NCBI GenBank assembly: GCA_016748015.1
Contig: JAAOMT010000514.1
Coordinates: 51,866 to 115,865 of the forward strand
Origin: Geosiphon pyriformis uo1
Taxonomy: Eukaryota > Fungi > Glomeromycota
Direction: 5' to 3'
DNA: 64,000 nucleotides
The position numbers were made by a program, and so were the translations under genes. Positions 1 to 13,500 of the stretch are shown piece by piece (position 1 is the first letter of the stretch; the number at the start of each line of letters is the position of its first letter). The notes below the pieces were generated by a model. It was not told the origin of the DNA. It made no database searches and was given only the letters and a program-made list of their open reading frames with translations.

Positions 1-1509
1 ATTTTATAATCATTACAATATAAAAATAATTGTTTCTCTTTTTGGCAATTTTTAAAATATCATAAAGTTTTAAATTGTAAGATTAATTTTTTTTTTGATA
101 TACTCTTTAAACTAGTAAATTTAATATAAATATAAATATTTTTTTCAAAGTTTTCTTTTTTAAATAATAATTTTCATATAAATTTTGTTATTTGTTAATA
201 TGAATTGTAAAATGTTTAATTTTAGTTAAAACATAAAATAAAATATTTTTATTTTTGAATTATTTATTAATATGATATTTGACCAAGTGGCTCAACATTC
301 ATAAACAGATTATGTAAAATTATTAAATATTTATTTAATTTTAAAATTTGTGTCTACTGTGAATATATTATTGAATGCTATGGAATCAAAAAAAGGAGTT
401 ACTACCAATTAAGTTTGATTTTTAGATGAAATTTCTGCAGTAAACAGATGTTTTGGCATTCTTTCAAATATTTATTAATAATAGATTTTCCATCACAATT
501 ATTTTTTTTAAATAAATACTATTTTTTAATGTTAATAGTTTAATGCAATTAGTAAACTATTGAATAATGTGAGCATTTCTATCTTATAGCATACATTTTA
601 CTAAAATTTTCAAATTACTTTTTAATTAAATAGTAAATTCAAAAAAATGGTTTATTATATATAAGCACCTATATGCAATTATTAATGCAATCTTTTTAAT
701 TTTGAGAAAAAGATTCCAATTTTATGTCATTTCATTTAGGACATTTCTTAATTGTATATACTAATATTTGAGTAAAAATTCGGCTTTTTATAATTATAAT
801 TACTATAAAAACTATACTATATATTATTTTTTAGTTAATGATATTTGAAAAATGATTATTTTAACTCATATATTTTTAATAGTAAGGGTTATTAATTATA
901 AAACATTGCTTTAGCAATAATTTTTATATAAAAATATATTTTAAAATATTAATAATTAACGTGTATTTTGAAAATTTTGCCTTTATTAACTTTAATATTG
1001 TAAAATGCCAAAAAAAAAAATTTAAAATTTCTTTTTAGTATGGCACACACTTTTTATTCATAGAAAATATGAGAAAAATATTGGTTTAAATATTTCCCAA
1101 ATTTTCAAATTAAATCATTTAATTTCCAAGATTAGCTATTACATTGTTATATTGTTATATTTATTTAATAAATATGAGCAAATATAATACTATTATATAG
1201 TGATTTAAGATTTTAAGACTTATTTATATAATAATAAAAATTATATTCTGAAGTTTTTTATTTATTTTTTGCCTTATCTCAGTATTTAAAACAAGTACAA
1301 TCAAATAACATTCTGCAATATTGTAATAATAATTTTAAGTAAATTAATTAAATAATAATTACTACTGTATCAGAATATTGTAACAATATTAAATATTACT
1401 AAAAACACAATATTTTTTCATTATGAAATGAATTTTTATTAAATAATATAAACAATAAATAAAAAATATATCTATTATTATTTCTCAAATTGTAAATATA
1501 GGGTTCCAA

Positions 1510-1700
1510 TATTCAGTCCAATTTGGTTCAAGTTTAATTAAACCACTGAACTGAACTGAACTCAAACAGAAAATTTGGCAAAATTTTGAACTTGAACTTA
1601 AACCAAACTTAAAATTACTGAACTTAAACTGAACTTAAATACATGCAACAAATCTGATTCAAGTTTCATTCAAAATTCATGAACATATTCAGGTTCAACT
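1510..1700. repeat. hAT subterminal repeat array (TGAAC/GTTCA, AAACC)
   Basis: ctgaactgaactgaactc, ttgaacttgaactt, ctgaacttaaactgaac, in both orientations. Confidence 0.7.
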
Positions 1701-3079
1701 ATTAAAAACATTATATTATACTATATTATTATTTAATTTTTCTTTTAATGATTTTTACATCTATGATTAAAAACACTGTACTGCTCTTATAGTTTTAAGT
1801 ATTAAGCAAAATTTTATATCTGTAATTATATTTTTATCTCTAAAAAAGACACATTCAAAAGCAACAGATGATTTTAGAATTGTCAAATAATTACAAGTCA
1901 TATATGCTAAACAAAAAAATTGTGTTTAATATATCTAAATATCAAATAATTAATAAAATGTTAATTTAAATAAATATTTTTTGTAATATACTTTTCATTA
2001 CATTATTATATTTATTTCTCTATTGGCCACTTTTTCAGAAATATAATAATTAATTTCATCAAGTTTTTTTTTTTTATTATTGTCAAAGTTTGTTTCTAAT
2101 ATAAGTTGTATGATTAATATTATAGTATTATTAAAATTGTTATTCAACAAAAAACTGTCATTTAATGTTGATATAATGTTCAGTATGTATTTTGTTTCAA
2201 AAAGAATATATATTCTAAAAGTTTATTTATTATGTAAAAATTAAAAAATCAAATTGTTTGAATAAATTAATAACTTGTAATTTTTTTATTTTATTAATAT
2301 AGTTATCCAAAAAATTTTTCTTTGTAAAATAATAGAATTTTCTTTTTATATCTAATATAGTGCAGAACATTACAGTTGTATTTGTTTTAGAGTAATATTC
2401 AACCAACTTTTTTTTTACTGTCCTAGCCACTGTAACAAGTAATAAATCTAATATTAAATATGTTAAATAAATAACTAAATAAGAACAATTGAGATTATAA
2501 TGCTTTACCAAATTCATCAATATTAATAACAGTTACTACAAAAAACTAGAGCAGTTTTCTAGTTAGATTGGTTAAAAATTATAAAAAAAATAGTGATCTC
2601 ATCTGTCGAAATATTTTTTTAATTAATTTGCAATATTTTTGAATATTTTGTCTTTTCTTATAATATTTTTCTGTTTTAACATATACTGTTTGGTAAAAAG
2701 TCTTTAAATAGCACCATAAAGGTTTGGTAGTGTCTATAATTCTACAAAAAAATGGTTTATGTACATATTTTGAAACCATATATTTAGCTGTTTTTTTTTA
2801 TTCACTTAAACTTATTAAAATAGTCTTATATTTTACTCTGAAAATTATGTTTACCAAATATATTAATATTTGGACTATTTGAGTTATTAAATTTTATTAT
2901 TTCGAATTTTGAATATTTGGTAATATTGAATGATACTAACAATAAATTTATTTTGGTAAGTTGGAGAGTAAAATTATTATACATATATAGTTTTATATAT
3001 TTTTTTAATTAATCATAGTAATTAAACAAAATAATAATTAATGAACAAATAGTACAAGTTATATCTTTTTTTAATTTCA

Positions 3080-3240
3080 TTAAACTTAAACAAATTTGTA
3101 AACATCAAACCAGACTTGTCAAAAAGATTTAATGCCAAACTCAAACCAAATTTACTTTAAAAAATTGGTTCAGTTTAAGTTTAGTTTATAATTTAAACTG
3201 AACTTAAACAACACCCAAAGTTCAGTTCAGTTTAGTTTAA
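3080..3240. repeat. hAT subterminal repeat array, other end
   Basis: ggttcagtttaagtttagttt, ctgaactt, gttcagttcagtttagttt; same motifs as 1510-1700. Confidence 0.65.
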
Positions 3241-3329
3241 CTCTTAAACATATATAATAAATTCTTAAAGCATCTTAATTAAACTTAAATTGAGAAAAAT
3301 TTTCTTTAAAACTGAAACAATTTTTAAAT

Positions 3330-4150
3330 ATCAGTGAAAATCAAAAAATTTAGGTTAGACAAAGAATTTCAAGTTTCCTATAAAGAAAAATTTTTAACAA
3401 TTGAGTTTGCTCAAAATAAAAAATCACAAATTCTATAAAACAAAAAGATTAAAAGTTTAATGGTTGATGAAAAATTTTATCAAAAGTTCTCTGTTAAACA
3501 TTCAGAATTGGAAAAAAAGATTGATAACATTCTTAAACATTGAAAATATAAGAGACTTGTATTTACTAGGCATAGAGTTTTAGTAAAGATAATGAAATTA
3601 ACATTAATATTTTGCATAATAAAACATTTGAGTTTTTTAAAAAAACTCATTAAAATTTTTATAAGATATATGTAATTTTTGCTGGATTATATTTTTAATT
3701 TCAATTTAGATGGGTCAAACAATAGAGGCTAGATATTAAGGTTTATATATACAAGCAATCATAGATTAGAAATTTAATGTTTTCTTACTATGTCAACACA
3801 AAACTCTCAGTAAAAATATTTTGCATAACAAACTACAATGACTTTGTTCCAAAATATCTAAAATTGCATTTTGGCAATGATATCCAGATAATAAAATGCC
3901 ATGTAATTGTTTAAGTTGTTGAAGTAAAATATGACCAAATATATATGAATGTTTAGAATCTTTAATAACAGAAAAATATAGACTAGAATTACCAGTAGAA
4001 TTTAAAAATCATTTTTGTCCAAGAAGTTAAATTGTATATTAAAAAAAATTCTACTTTGAAAAATTGTAATACAGATGTTTATAGAGATATAAACACAGCT
4101 ATAATGTTTTATTTGGATTCTTATTTTGGTTATTTCATGATTGTTTATAA
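3330..4150 (+). pseudogene. Degenerate class-3 lipase (alpha/beta hydrolase) gene with probable intron
   Basis: Translation gives YKRLVFTRHRV (decayed FTGH.xGG nucleophile elbow), a GT...AG AT-rich intron at ~3583-3665, IKVYIYKQS*IRNLMFSYYVN (TYGQPRIGN..F), IFCITNYNDFVPKY (R.T...D.VP) and a C-terminal YLDSYFGYFM. Motif order matches Lipase_3. Many stops. Confidence 0.55.
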
Positions 4151-5620
4151 TATGTTAATGTAATAAAAAACTCAGAATGATTTGTAAATTAATATTTAAT
4201 CTATAAATTACTATTTCTAAAAAATAATCAAAAACTGAATATTAAATAATTTTGATGCAAAACTTAGTGCCAAGGTTGCATGAGCTATTTGAAACATAAA
4301 TTTTGCCTGTTTTCTAATACAAAGCTTATTTGAAAAACTTATAAATGCTTTCACTTTAATATTTTTTTATTTCTCTATTATTGAAACAAATTTACAAACT
4401 ACTTTAAACAATTTTGAATGAAACTATCTTTTGCAACTAAAAGTGATTAAAAAATGAAAACCACAAATCACTTTTAAAAATAATAAATGTTTTTTGAATA
4501 TAATAAAATTTAATATTTAAATAATAGTATAAAAGCCTAGCAGTTGTTTTTAACTATTTACTAAAAAGCATATTATAGAAATGAAAAAGATAAATAAAAT
4601 ATATATATTAAGTTTTTTTTTTTTAATTTTTACTAAAAAATAAATAAAATAAATGCATTAAACTAAAATAAACTAATTATCAAATTTTTAAATACTAAAC
4701 ACTAAATAATAAATATAAATTATTTGTTTTCAAATCTGTTTTAAATATAAAACCTTTATCCAAAAAATTAATATATCACGAGTTTATAATATTAATCTCA
4801 GAATTATTACACCCTCCAAAATTTTGAATATATTTCTTTAATTAAATTTAGAAAGTTTCAAAAAAAATTTGAGCATTAAAAAAATTACTTTTGCATAAAT
4901 AAATAAAAATCTATAATTAATTGAAACAAAACTTAATTTAAAAGATTTAGATATTAAATTTTATATAACAATAAAACTCTTGTCTATTTAACCCAAAAAT
5001 TATTGCATGTAATTAGTTTTGACAATAATATTTAAAATATATTAAAGTCACTTGTATATCAATAACTCTTAAGTAATAAATCAAAATTTTTACATATTTA
5101 TAATAAGATTGTATTGAATGACCAGACTGAACATAATTTTTAGCAAATAGTTTTACTTATTGTTTTTTTTCAAAAATGCTAAATTTTTTATTCATTGTTA
5201 ATCAAATTAATATATTTTAATAGCAAAGACAGAGAGTTTTTGTTTTACATAGTAAAAAAGTATATTAAGTATGTTCAATATAGTCTAAATTTTAATATTT
5301 AAATCCAAACTTGTATAAAAAAGATCTTAAAAATATTTAACCAATAGTTTAAAAATAATGTTATTATTACTTAGACTTAAGCCAATATTAGCAATTTTTA
5401 AAGTTATTACTGAACTATTATCATTTAAAAATACTTATATTAATTACAATAGTTTATTATATATTTGCTTTTCACTCTTGTAAAAAATCTTAAACTACCT
5501 TCCTTCTACTTTTTATTCTTATAAAACATAAATAACAAACTAACAATTATCAATTTTTTACTACTTAATTCTAAAATTTAATTTAATTATTGGATAATAA
5601 ATTTATATTTCATATTTATT

Positions 5621-5899
5621 GGCTATTTGAATATTGAATTGCAAATTACTGGTGAATGTGGTAATTTAAATATTGAGATGCAAATTATTGGTAGATAATA
5701 ATTATTTAAATATTGAGTTGTAAATTATTGGTGGATAATGGTTATTTGAATATTGAATTCATGCATTTTTAGTGGATGGTAGTTATCAAATATTGAATTA
5801 AATTATTGATGAATAGTAATTATATTTAAATATTGAATTTGCATATTTTTAATGACTAGTAATTATTCAAATGTTGAGTTGCAAAATATTGGTGGGTGG
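5621..5899. repeat. Tandem array of ~7 degenerate ~40-bp units
   Basis: Approximate unit ggttatttgaatattgaattgcaaattattggtggataat, repeated up to the end of element E's LTR. Confidence 0.75.
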
Positions 5900-6865
5900 T
5901 ATTATAGGTAATTATTTGAGTTGTTGATACAAATAACAAACCTATAATTTGGTGCTCAATAACTGATTGTGTTAGTAAATTTGAAAATTTTTTTGGTCTG
6001 AAAGTTTTGGTTGAGTTTTTTGTATAATGAACAAAAATTCAATGATTGTTTAGTAGCCTTCCAAAATGATTATTTCATCAAATTTTTTTTTCAGCATGGT
6101 GGCTAATTTATTTCAGTAGTTGTGCTCTTCTGGTAAGTTATTCTTAAATTTCTGAATTCTATATCTTTATTTCTGAGTCTTTTACCAGACTATTCTTAAT
6201 GTCAACTACTCAATGCTTAATTTCTTTTAATCAATTAGTAAACAACAAACAACAAAGAAAATAAAAAAAAATAATAGAAATAAAGAAAATACCAAAAAAA
6301 ATAAGAATTAGTATTTCATTAATAGTTATAATTAAGAACTATTGTTTTAATGTAGTTAAGTATTGAATTCTATCAACATAAGTGTTAATAAAGTAAAAAT
6401 ATTTAATATTTTTTAATTAAGCAATGATAATATAAATTCAAGTAGTAATAGATATTTTATTAAAATGTAATTTGATTCTGTTTCAAGTTGTAAAAAACTA
6501 TCTTTTGAAGTAAAAGGTATGAGATAATTAATTGATTATATATATTGATTCTGAATTGGATTCTGTTTTTTTTGTTTCTAAAATTCTCACTATATATACA
6601 TAATTGATGTTTTATAAAATTTTGTGTATTTGTAAGCAATATACTATAATTTTTTGAACAATGCTTATATTGCTAAGCAATGTGTCTGTAATTTTTAACA
6701 ATGTGTTCATTGCTAAGCAATGTACTATAATTTTTTGACAATACTTCATATTGCTAAGCAATATGCCCTAATTTACTGATAATGTGCTTATATACTAAAT
6801 ACTATTCTTTTATTAATATATTTTTTCTATCTATTTTTCTTGTATTCTTTTTTCTATAAGTAATA
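5900..6865 (-). repeat. 3' LTR of element E
   Basis: Direct repeat of 14958-15869; decayed TGTTA...TAACA termini; adjacent to the PPT. Confidence 0.85.
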
Positions 6866-6879
6866 TTATCTCCTTTTTT

Positions 6880-7550
6880 TTTAATATTAAGCTCCATTAA
6901 AATCTTCAGTTTAGATTAATTCTATTATTTCTCTTTCTAATACTGTTTGTTTAACTCTGGTTTTTATGTCTTTTATTTGTGAGTTGTTTATTTTTTCTCA
7001 CTGGTTAATGGTATTGTTTCTATTTTTGAGTTTAGTAATATTTTTGGATAATTTTGAAATATGGCATATAATTAATAGATTGTTTTAATGTGTAGTATTG
7101 AATTTGTCTTTTTTTTGATAAAGTTTTCAATTTGTTGTATTATTTTTTAATTGAATATTCTGTTGAACTTGTTGATATATAATTCCTGAATATTTAGCTT
7201 TTGTCCTAATTAATAGTAACAATATAATATTAAAAGTTGTTTTGTTCATTGTTTCTAACTTTTTTTTATTAGCTTTTTTGTTAAAACAATTATGAATATT
7301 TTCCCAAAAGTATTTTTCATTTTTTCTATTATTTTATTTAACTAATGTTTTATTGAGTTTAATAATCATTGATATAATGTATTTTTTGTTTTTTTTTCTT
7401 TTTTGGTGTTCTAATAGCAGATTGTTTGATAATTGATAATGATTTTTATATTTAATTGTTATTGGTTTATGGCTTAAAATAATTGCTGAGCCAATATGTA
7501 AATATGATCTAGAGTTTTCATTTTTTTATTTTATATCTTTTTTTGTCATG
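6880..7550 (-). pseudogene. ORF3 (unknown accessory protein) of element E
   Basis: Lies between the integrase end and the PPT; C-terminus homologous to ORF3 of B/D/A/F and ends in decayed EDFNGAQY*. Confidence 0.6.
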
Positions 7551-7579
7551 TATACTGTGTTTTTATATATTATTTTGGT

Positions 7580-10500
7580 TAATCAATTTAATGTGTTTGT
7601 GTTAATAATTATTATTGGTTTTAAATCTCGTGGAATCTCATCAGATTGAATTAGTATTTGTTGTACTTTTAGTTGTAAAATATTACTAGTGGATAATGAT
7701 ATTAGATTGTAGTATGGCTTCAATTAATTTTTATGTGCTGCTTTATTCAATATTTTGTTGTCCTATCTCAATTTATAAGCTCTATTTCTTAGAATTTTTT
7801 CAATGTAAAATAATTCATTTTATTTGGAATCAAATTTTCTACTTCATTGTTTTTTTGCTTTAGTACAATATAAAAATACTTTGTCTTTAATCTTAAATTT
7901 GACTTGTTTATTTGGTAACTAGCTATCATGTTATTTTTTTTGTTTCTCTTGTGACTTTTGGATGTTGTTAACTGTTTTTCACCATTTATTTTTTAGAGTT
8001 TTTATTAAGTTATATGTTTTTCTTAGTAATGTTTTTTGAAAATTGGCTTCTGTTATTGGTTTAGTTAGATATGTATTGACTTTTATCTCAACTGATAATG
8101 TTGTTGTTCTATTATATACTAGTTCAAATGGTGTTGTTTGTGTAGTATCTTGCTTTATTGTTTGATAAGCAAATAATATTAATAGTATAAATAAATTCCA
8201 TTCATCTTGGTTTTTTTGGCTAATCTTAGCTATTGCTTCACACAATGTTCTATTAAATCTTTTGATTAAGCTATTGGTTTACAAGTAATATAATGATAAT
8301 AATAGTTTTTTGATTTCAAATATTTTATTTAATTTTGTTAATATTCTGTTCACAAAATGAGTTTTTTAATCTGATAATAATTTTTTTGAACATTTGTGTT
8401 GACAAATTAAATTTTGATAAATAAATTTGATTATGGATTCTGCATTTGCTTTTTGAATTGCTTTCACTTCTGGCCATTTAGTAAGATAATCTATGGCTAT
8501 TGTAATATATCTGTTGTCTTTGTTGATTATAGTTAATGGTTTGACTAAGTCAATTCTGAGTTGATCAAATAGTTGTCTTACTTTTATTGGTTTTAATGGT
8601 TTATTGGGTCTTGTTTTTCTTTTTTTTTAACAAGCATTACAATTTTGAATATATTGTATAATATCTGGATATATTGATAACCAGTAGTATTTTTTTTGGT
8701 TTTTTCTATGATTGTTTTTTTATGAAAATGTCTTGCTATTGGGTTTGAATGCATATTGAACAGTATTGTTTCTCTTTCTGGTTTCATGATTACTTTGAGT
8801 AGTTAATCTGGATTTTTTCTGTTTTTCTAATATAATATATTTTGGTAAGTAATAAAATATTTTAATTGTTGTTTTATATTATGTTGTTCCTTTTGAGATA
8901 ATTTATCCTTGAACTGCTGAGCATTTATATAATATTAGAGTTGTTAATATTTTTGTGTATTTATCTTTTTGTTATATTTTTGGGCTAAAATGTTTTTAGA
9001 TTTGTTTATTTATAACAAACTGACAGTATTTTCATTTTTTTTTCTCTTTTTATAATGTACTATATACTTAAATAGTAAAAGTTTTATTTTCTATTTCATA
9101 TAGCAATCATTTCCAAATTTTTGCTTCTGGATTGACATTAAATTTTTGTGATCTGTATACATATTAAACTTTTGGCTTAAGTATTCTTTTTATTTAATAA
9201 CTGCTCAATAAATAGCTAAATATTCTAGTGCTAGTATTCTATAATTTTTTTCTGTTGAACTTAAGCTTTAAATAGCATATGCTACTAAATGTTTTTGTCT
9301 ATTCAGTCTTTTCTAGGATAGTACAGTTTCCAATGCTTAACCAGATACATTGGGAGTAATGATGAATAACTTACTATGATCTAAATAAATTAATACTAGA
9401 GCTTAAATAAGCTTTTTTTTAAAGATATTAAAAGCTTCTTGTTGGACTTTTGTCTATTTATATTTAACATTTTTGGCTTGAAACTAATGAAATATTTGGA
9501 CCAATTTGGAAAAGTTCTGAATAAAATGACAGTAGTATTTAACAAATTCCAAGAATGTTTTCAGTTCTGTTAAGTTAATTGGTACTGAAAAATTCTTAAC
9601 TATCTCAATCTTGTCTGAATCTGTTTTAATGTTATTTTTGTTTATAATATGTCCCAAAAATTTCAGTTTTATTTTACCAAAGAAGCATTTGGTTGCATTC
9701 AATTTCAATTTAGCTTTTTTTAATCTCTTAAACACTTGTTAAAGATAATACAGATAATTATTAAATGTTTTTAAAAATACATTGATGTTATCTAAATACA
9801 TAACTACTGATTTTCATAGTAGTTTAATGTAGATAATTTTTATAAGCTATTAAAAAATAGCTGGTATATTGGTCAGTTTAAAAAACATGATATCAAACTC
9901 AAAATTTTTTTTTCTGATTGTAAATACAGTCTTCTTCTTATCTTCTGATTTTATAGTTACTTGTCAATAACTACTATTTAAATCTACTGTTAAAAACCAT
10001 TTTTTTTTTCAAATGCATTGAATAGTTTCTGGATCTGTGGAGTTAAATAACTGTTTCCACAAGTAATACTGTTGAGCATTTTGTAATCTACACAAAGCAA
10101 ATCTTTCTATTTTTTTTACAGATTAGTACTATTAATAATGATTATAGACTCATTAATAGTTGAATTAATTCATTATTTAGCATTCTATTTATTTTTTATT
10201 GGATTATTTCATGATTTGCTGGTAATACTTAATATGCTTATTGTTTAATTGACATAGTATCTCCTGTCTTAATTTGATACTGAATGATATTAATTCTGCC
10301 AAATTTATTTTCACTGACAAAAATATTAATAAAATTATTAAGTAGTATCTTTAGTTGTATCTGTTGTAATGGGTCTAAGTTTTCCAAATTCATTTATTCT
10401 AATTGTTTTGGTTAAAGCAAATAACATTTTTTTTGTTCATATATTGTTTGTGATGTGATATTTACATATCTACACAGTTGTGAAAAATCTGTAATAGTGT

Positions 10501-13500
10501 TTGGTAGTTAGTTTTTAACTTTAGTGCTTAAGTATCTAATAGTATTTCTACTTGGTATTTCAATAGTGTTTCTAGTTGTGTTGTAAATAAAAATTTTAAT
10601 GTGTTTATGGTTTTTGGCCAGTATATAGAGATTGGTAATTTCAATTCTTCTTGACTTACAAATAGTTGGTTCTACTTCAAAAATCTGATGTTGGTTTTTT
10701 ACTTTTCTTTCTATTACTAATATATGCTAGTTATATGATGAAATAAAAACTGATTGATTGATGGAGATAATTTTTTTTTGTTAATTAATTCCTTTTCTGT
10801 CATATTAACTAGTATGTTTATTTTATCTATTAATCCAAATCCATTTTTTTTTCTGGCTGTAATCTCTTTTTCTTCTGGCTGTAATCCCTAATTCTTCTTT
10901 TGTTTTTATTAAAACTAATTGAGTTATTTTAATCAAAAGCAGAAATATTGTCTGTGCTATCTTTTTATTTGGTTTAATGATATATCCTTTTTTTGAATCA
11001 TTTTATAGTATTGCAATAATATTTCTTATATATTCTGCATTAATTATTCCTTCTTTGATATTAATTATTTTTTTTCATTAAACTAGATCTAGATGCTAAT
11101 TAAACTATTATTGTTGCCAAAATTTCTAGTACTATTTTCAAATCTATACTAATGTATAAATGTAGTTCTAATCTGATGGCAATTTTCTCTGAATACCTAA
11201 GATCAAACTCTGTATTGGTATTATGTATGCATTTTGGCATAATATCTTTATTATTATTGCTAAACCATTTTAGTTTCTGCTTTATTAATAGATTTGAAAG
11301 TGTAATATATTGTTTGAAGTTGTAATTAGAGTTTGAATAATTATTGTCATTGTTATAGTAAACAGAGTTAAAACTGTTGTTGTTATTATTATTAAAGTCT
11401 GAATTATAATTGAATTTCAATTCTGATTCCAATGTGTACTTATTGATTGGTTTTTTTTCTTCAAGAATTGAATATATTATACATAGTAATAGATAATAAA
11501 TAATATTACAATTATTACAATATTGGAAATTACACAGAATTAAATAGTAGTTATATAGTTGGATATTAAGCTGTTCTAAGTGTTGTTTTTGTTTTTTTCT
11601 AGTGAATGTTAATTTCTGGTAGTGTTTGTGAAATTGTTTTGAGTCTATAATGTTGAGAATAATATTAGAATTTGGAATTCAAATAGTTTTTTGAATTCTG
11701 GTAAGTTGTTTTTAATTGTTTTTATTTCTTCTGAAAATACATCTTCAATTTTGGCAATTGCTATTTGTCAAATTTTATTATTATTATGTGGACAACTGTT
11801 TAAATGTTATTCCATATTCCTTTATCTAGAAGAGTTTTTCCACAAGTAAGACATTGTTTATTGTTCTATTTCTCTTGTTTTTTGGATTATTCAAAATGTT
11901 CAAAGATATATAGGCAATAGTAATATTTAGTTGCTGTAAGTCATTTCTTGTTATTACTACAGCATGTGCTCATTAATAACAATTTTTTATCACAATTAAT
12001 GCAAACTAGCTTTAGTTAATAATAATAGAAGTTTGTATAAGAAGTGATATATGAAATATAAGTAGAAATAGTTGCTTTAGGTTTTTTTTTTGCCTTTTTT
12101 TTCCTTTTTTTTCCCTTTTTTTTCCTAGTCTAAAATGAATAGCAGTTTATTGTAATTATCTTTGACTTATAATATCTAATATGTTTCTCAGGTAGGTTTT
12201 TTCTTTTTTTTTCAAACTTAATTAGTAATTGCTTGTTAATAATGGTCTTAAAATAATTATAAATGGCTGATACTCAAATGTTCTGGCCATTTTGGCTTAG
12301 TTATACTTCCTAAGTGTTCTAATTAAGTACTGTATTGGTTTTAAACAGCCAGTTATTTTTAATAAAAGCTTGATATTAAATAGCTTCCATAATGAGAACT
12401 TTAATAAATGCTATAATACTATTGACTTCAAACAAAAAGTTGTTAATCTTATCAATAGGCATTTTTATCACTCCATTAATGGTAATAATCTTGGCACTGG
12501 CAGTATAATCAATCTGGTGACCTAATTGGTTTATAAATTGTTATGTAATAATACTGTCTGCTAAACCACTATTAAAAATTAGCTTAATATGATAGCCATC
12601 AATTTTGGTATCTGTGTACATTGCTGTAATGGGTTTAGTATTAAAAGCAGTTTTACTGAATAGAGGTGTTATTGTTGATTATTTTATTTCAAATGAAAAT
12701 ATGGCTGTAAATAATTTATCTTCAGTAATAATTGCTAATAAAATGTTGTTAATAAGTAGTTAGATTTAATTGGGTGTTTTTTGGAGTAATCAGAAAACTT
12801 AAGTAATTCTGAAAATTCGATTTTTGGGTGTATCTATTATCCAAACTCTGTTGATATAATTCTAATAGTTAATTTAATAATTGAAGATTAGTTGGTATAC
12901 TACTATTGTCAATTTCCAGTTTTGTTGGGTAATTTTTGGTCTTTAGTTACTGGATATTATCTAAACTGAGTTTTGTGGTAGTGTTTAAAGTTGTTGTAGT
13001 TGATAAATAATTTGGGACTGTGGCTAATATATTATGGGTGTTGGGGTTTGATATACTAAAAATAAGTATATTTGCTGTATTATTGGTAAATAATAAGGCT
13101 GATATTGGTTTTGATGTGGTTAATAGTTTTGAGTTTAAAACTAGCAATTGGAATTTTAATATTGATTTCCCAATTGTTAATTATTTAATTATGTATAGCA
13201 GTTAATTTGCAAATGTCTTTGTTTATCACAATAGTAGCAATTATGTGTTTTTTTTTGTCACTATTAATTAATTAATGATAAGAAACACAGCTGATTTTGG
13301 AAATAATTTGTGTTTTCTGAATTATTGTAATATTGTGGAGGCTGATAAATTGCTTGATTGTTAGCTAAGTATCTCTCAAGTTTTTAATTAATAAAATCAT
13401 TAAATTGTTTCAATTTGAAGTCCAAGTTAGATAATTTGTTTATTATTAGATTTATAACTTGGACATGATTGGCTTTGAATTCAGCCAATTTAAAATCTCT

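Larger units (their letters stand above)
1499..3246 (-). mobile_element. Internally deleted, degenerate hAT-type DNA transposon
   Basis: Minus strand 1835-1910 reads LAYMTCNYLTILKSSVAFECVFF, matching the hAT C-terminal dimerization motif LA.MARDYLAIPASSVASERVFS. ORF 2230-2520 has KKKLVEYYSK...CTILDIKRKF (hAT KL.KYY...ATILDPR.K). ORF 2579-2779 is BED-finger-like. Both ends carry TGAAC/GTTCA subterminal arrays, and the left end begins TAGGG. TIR/TSD are not cleanly resolved. Confidence 0.7.

Noticed and set aside
280-1330. Possible decayed coding sequence or signal-peptide exon upstream of the hAT element
   Set aside because: Slightly higher GC patches but no recognisable motif; cannot be supported
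4800-5590. Possible continuation of LINE H
   Set aside because: Could not be aligned by eye to LINE G; left unassigned
5621-5899. CRISPR-like periodic array
   Set aside because: Units are degenerate along their whole length with no unique spacers; no cas genes; eukaryotic TE context
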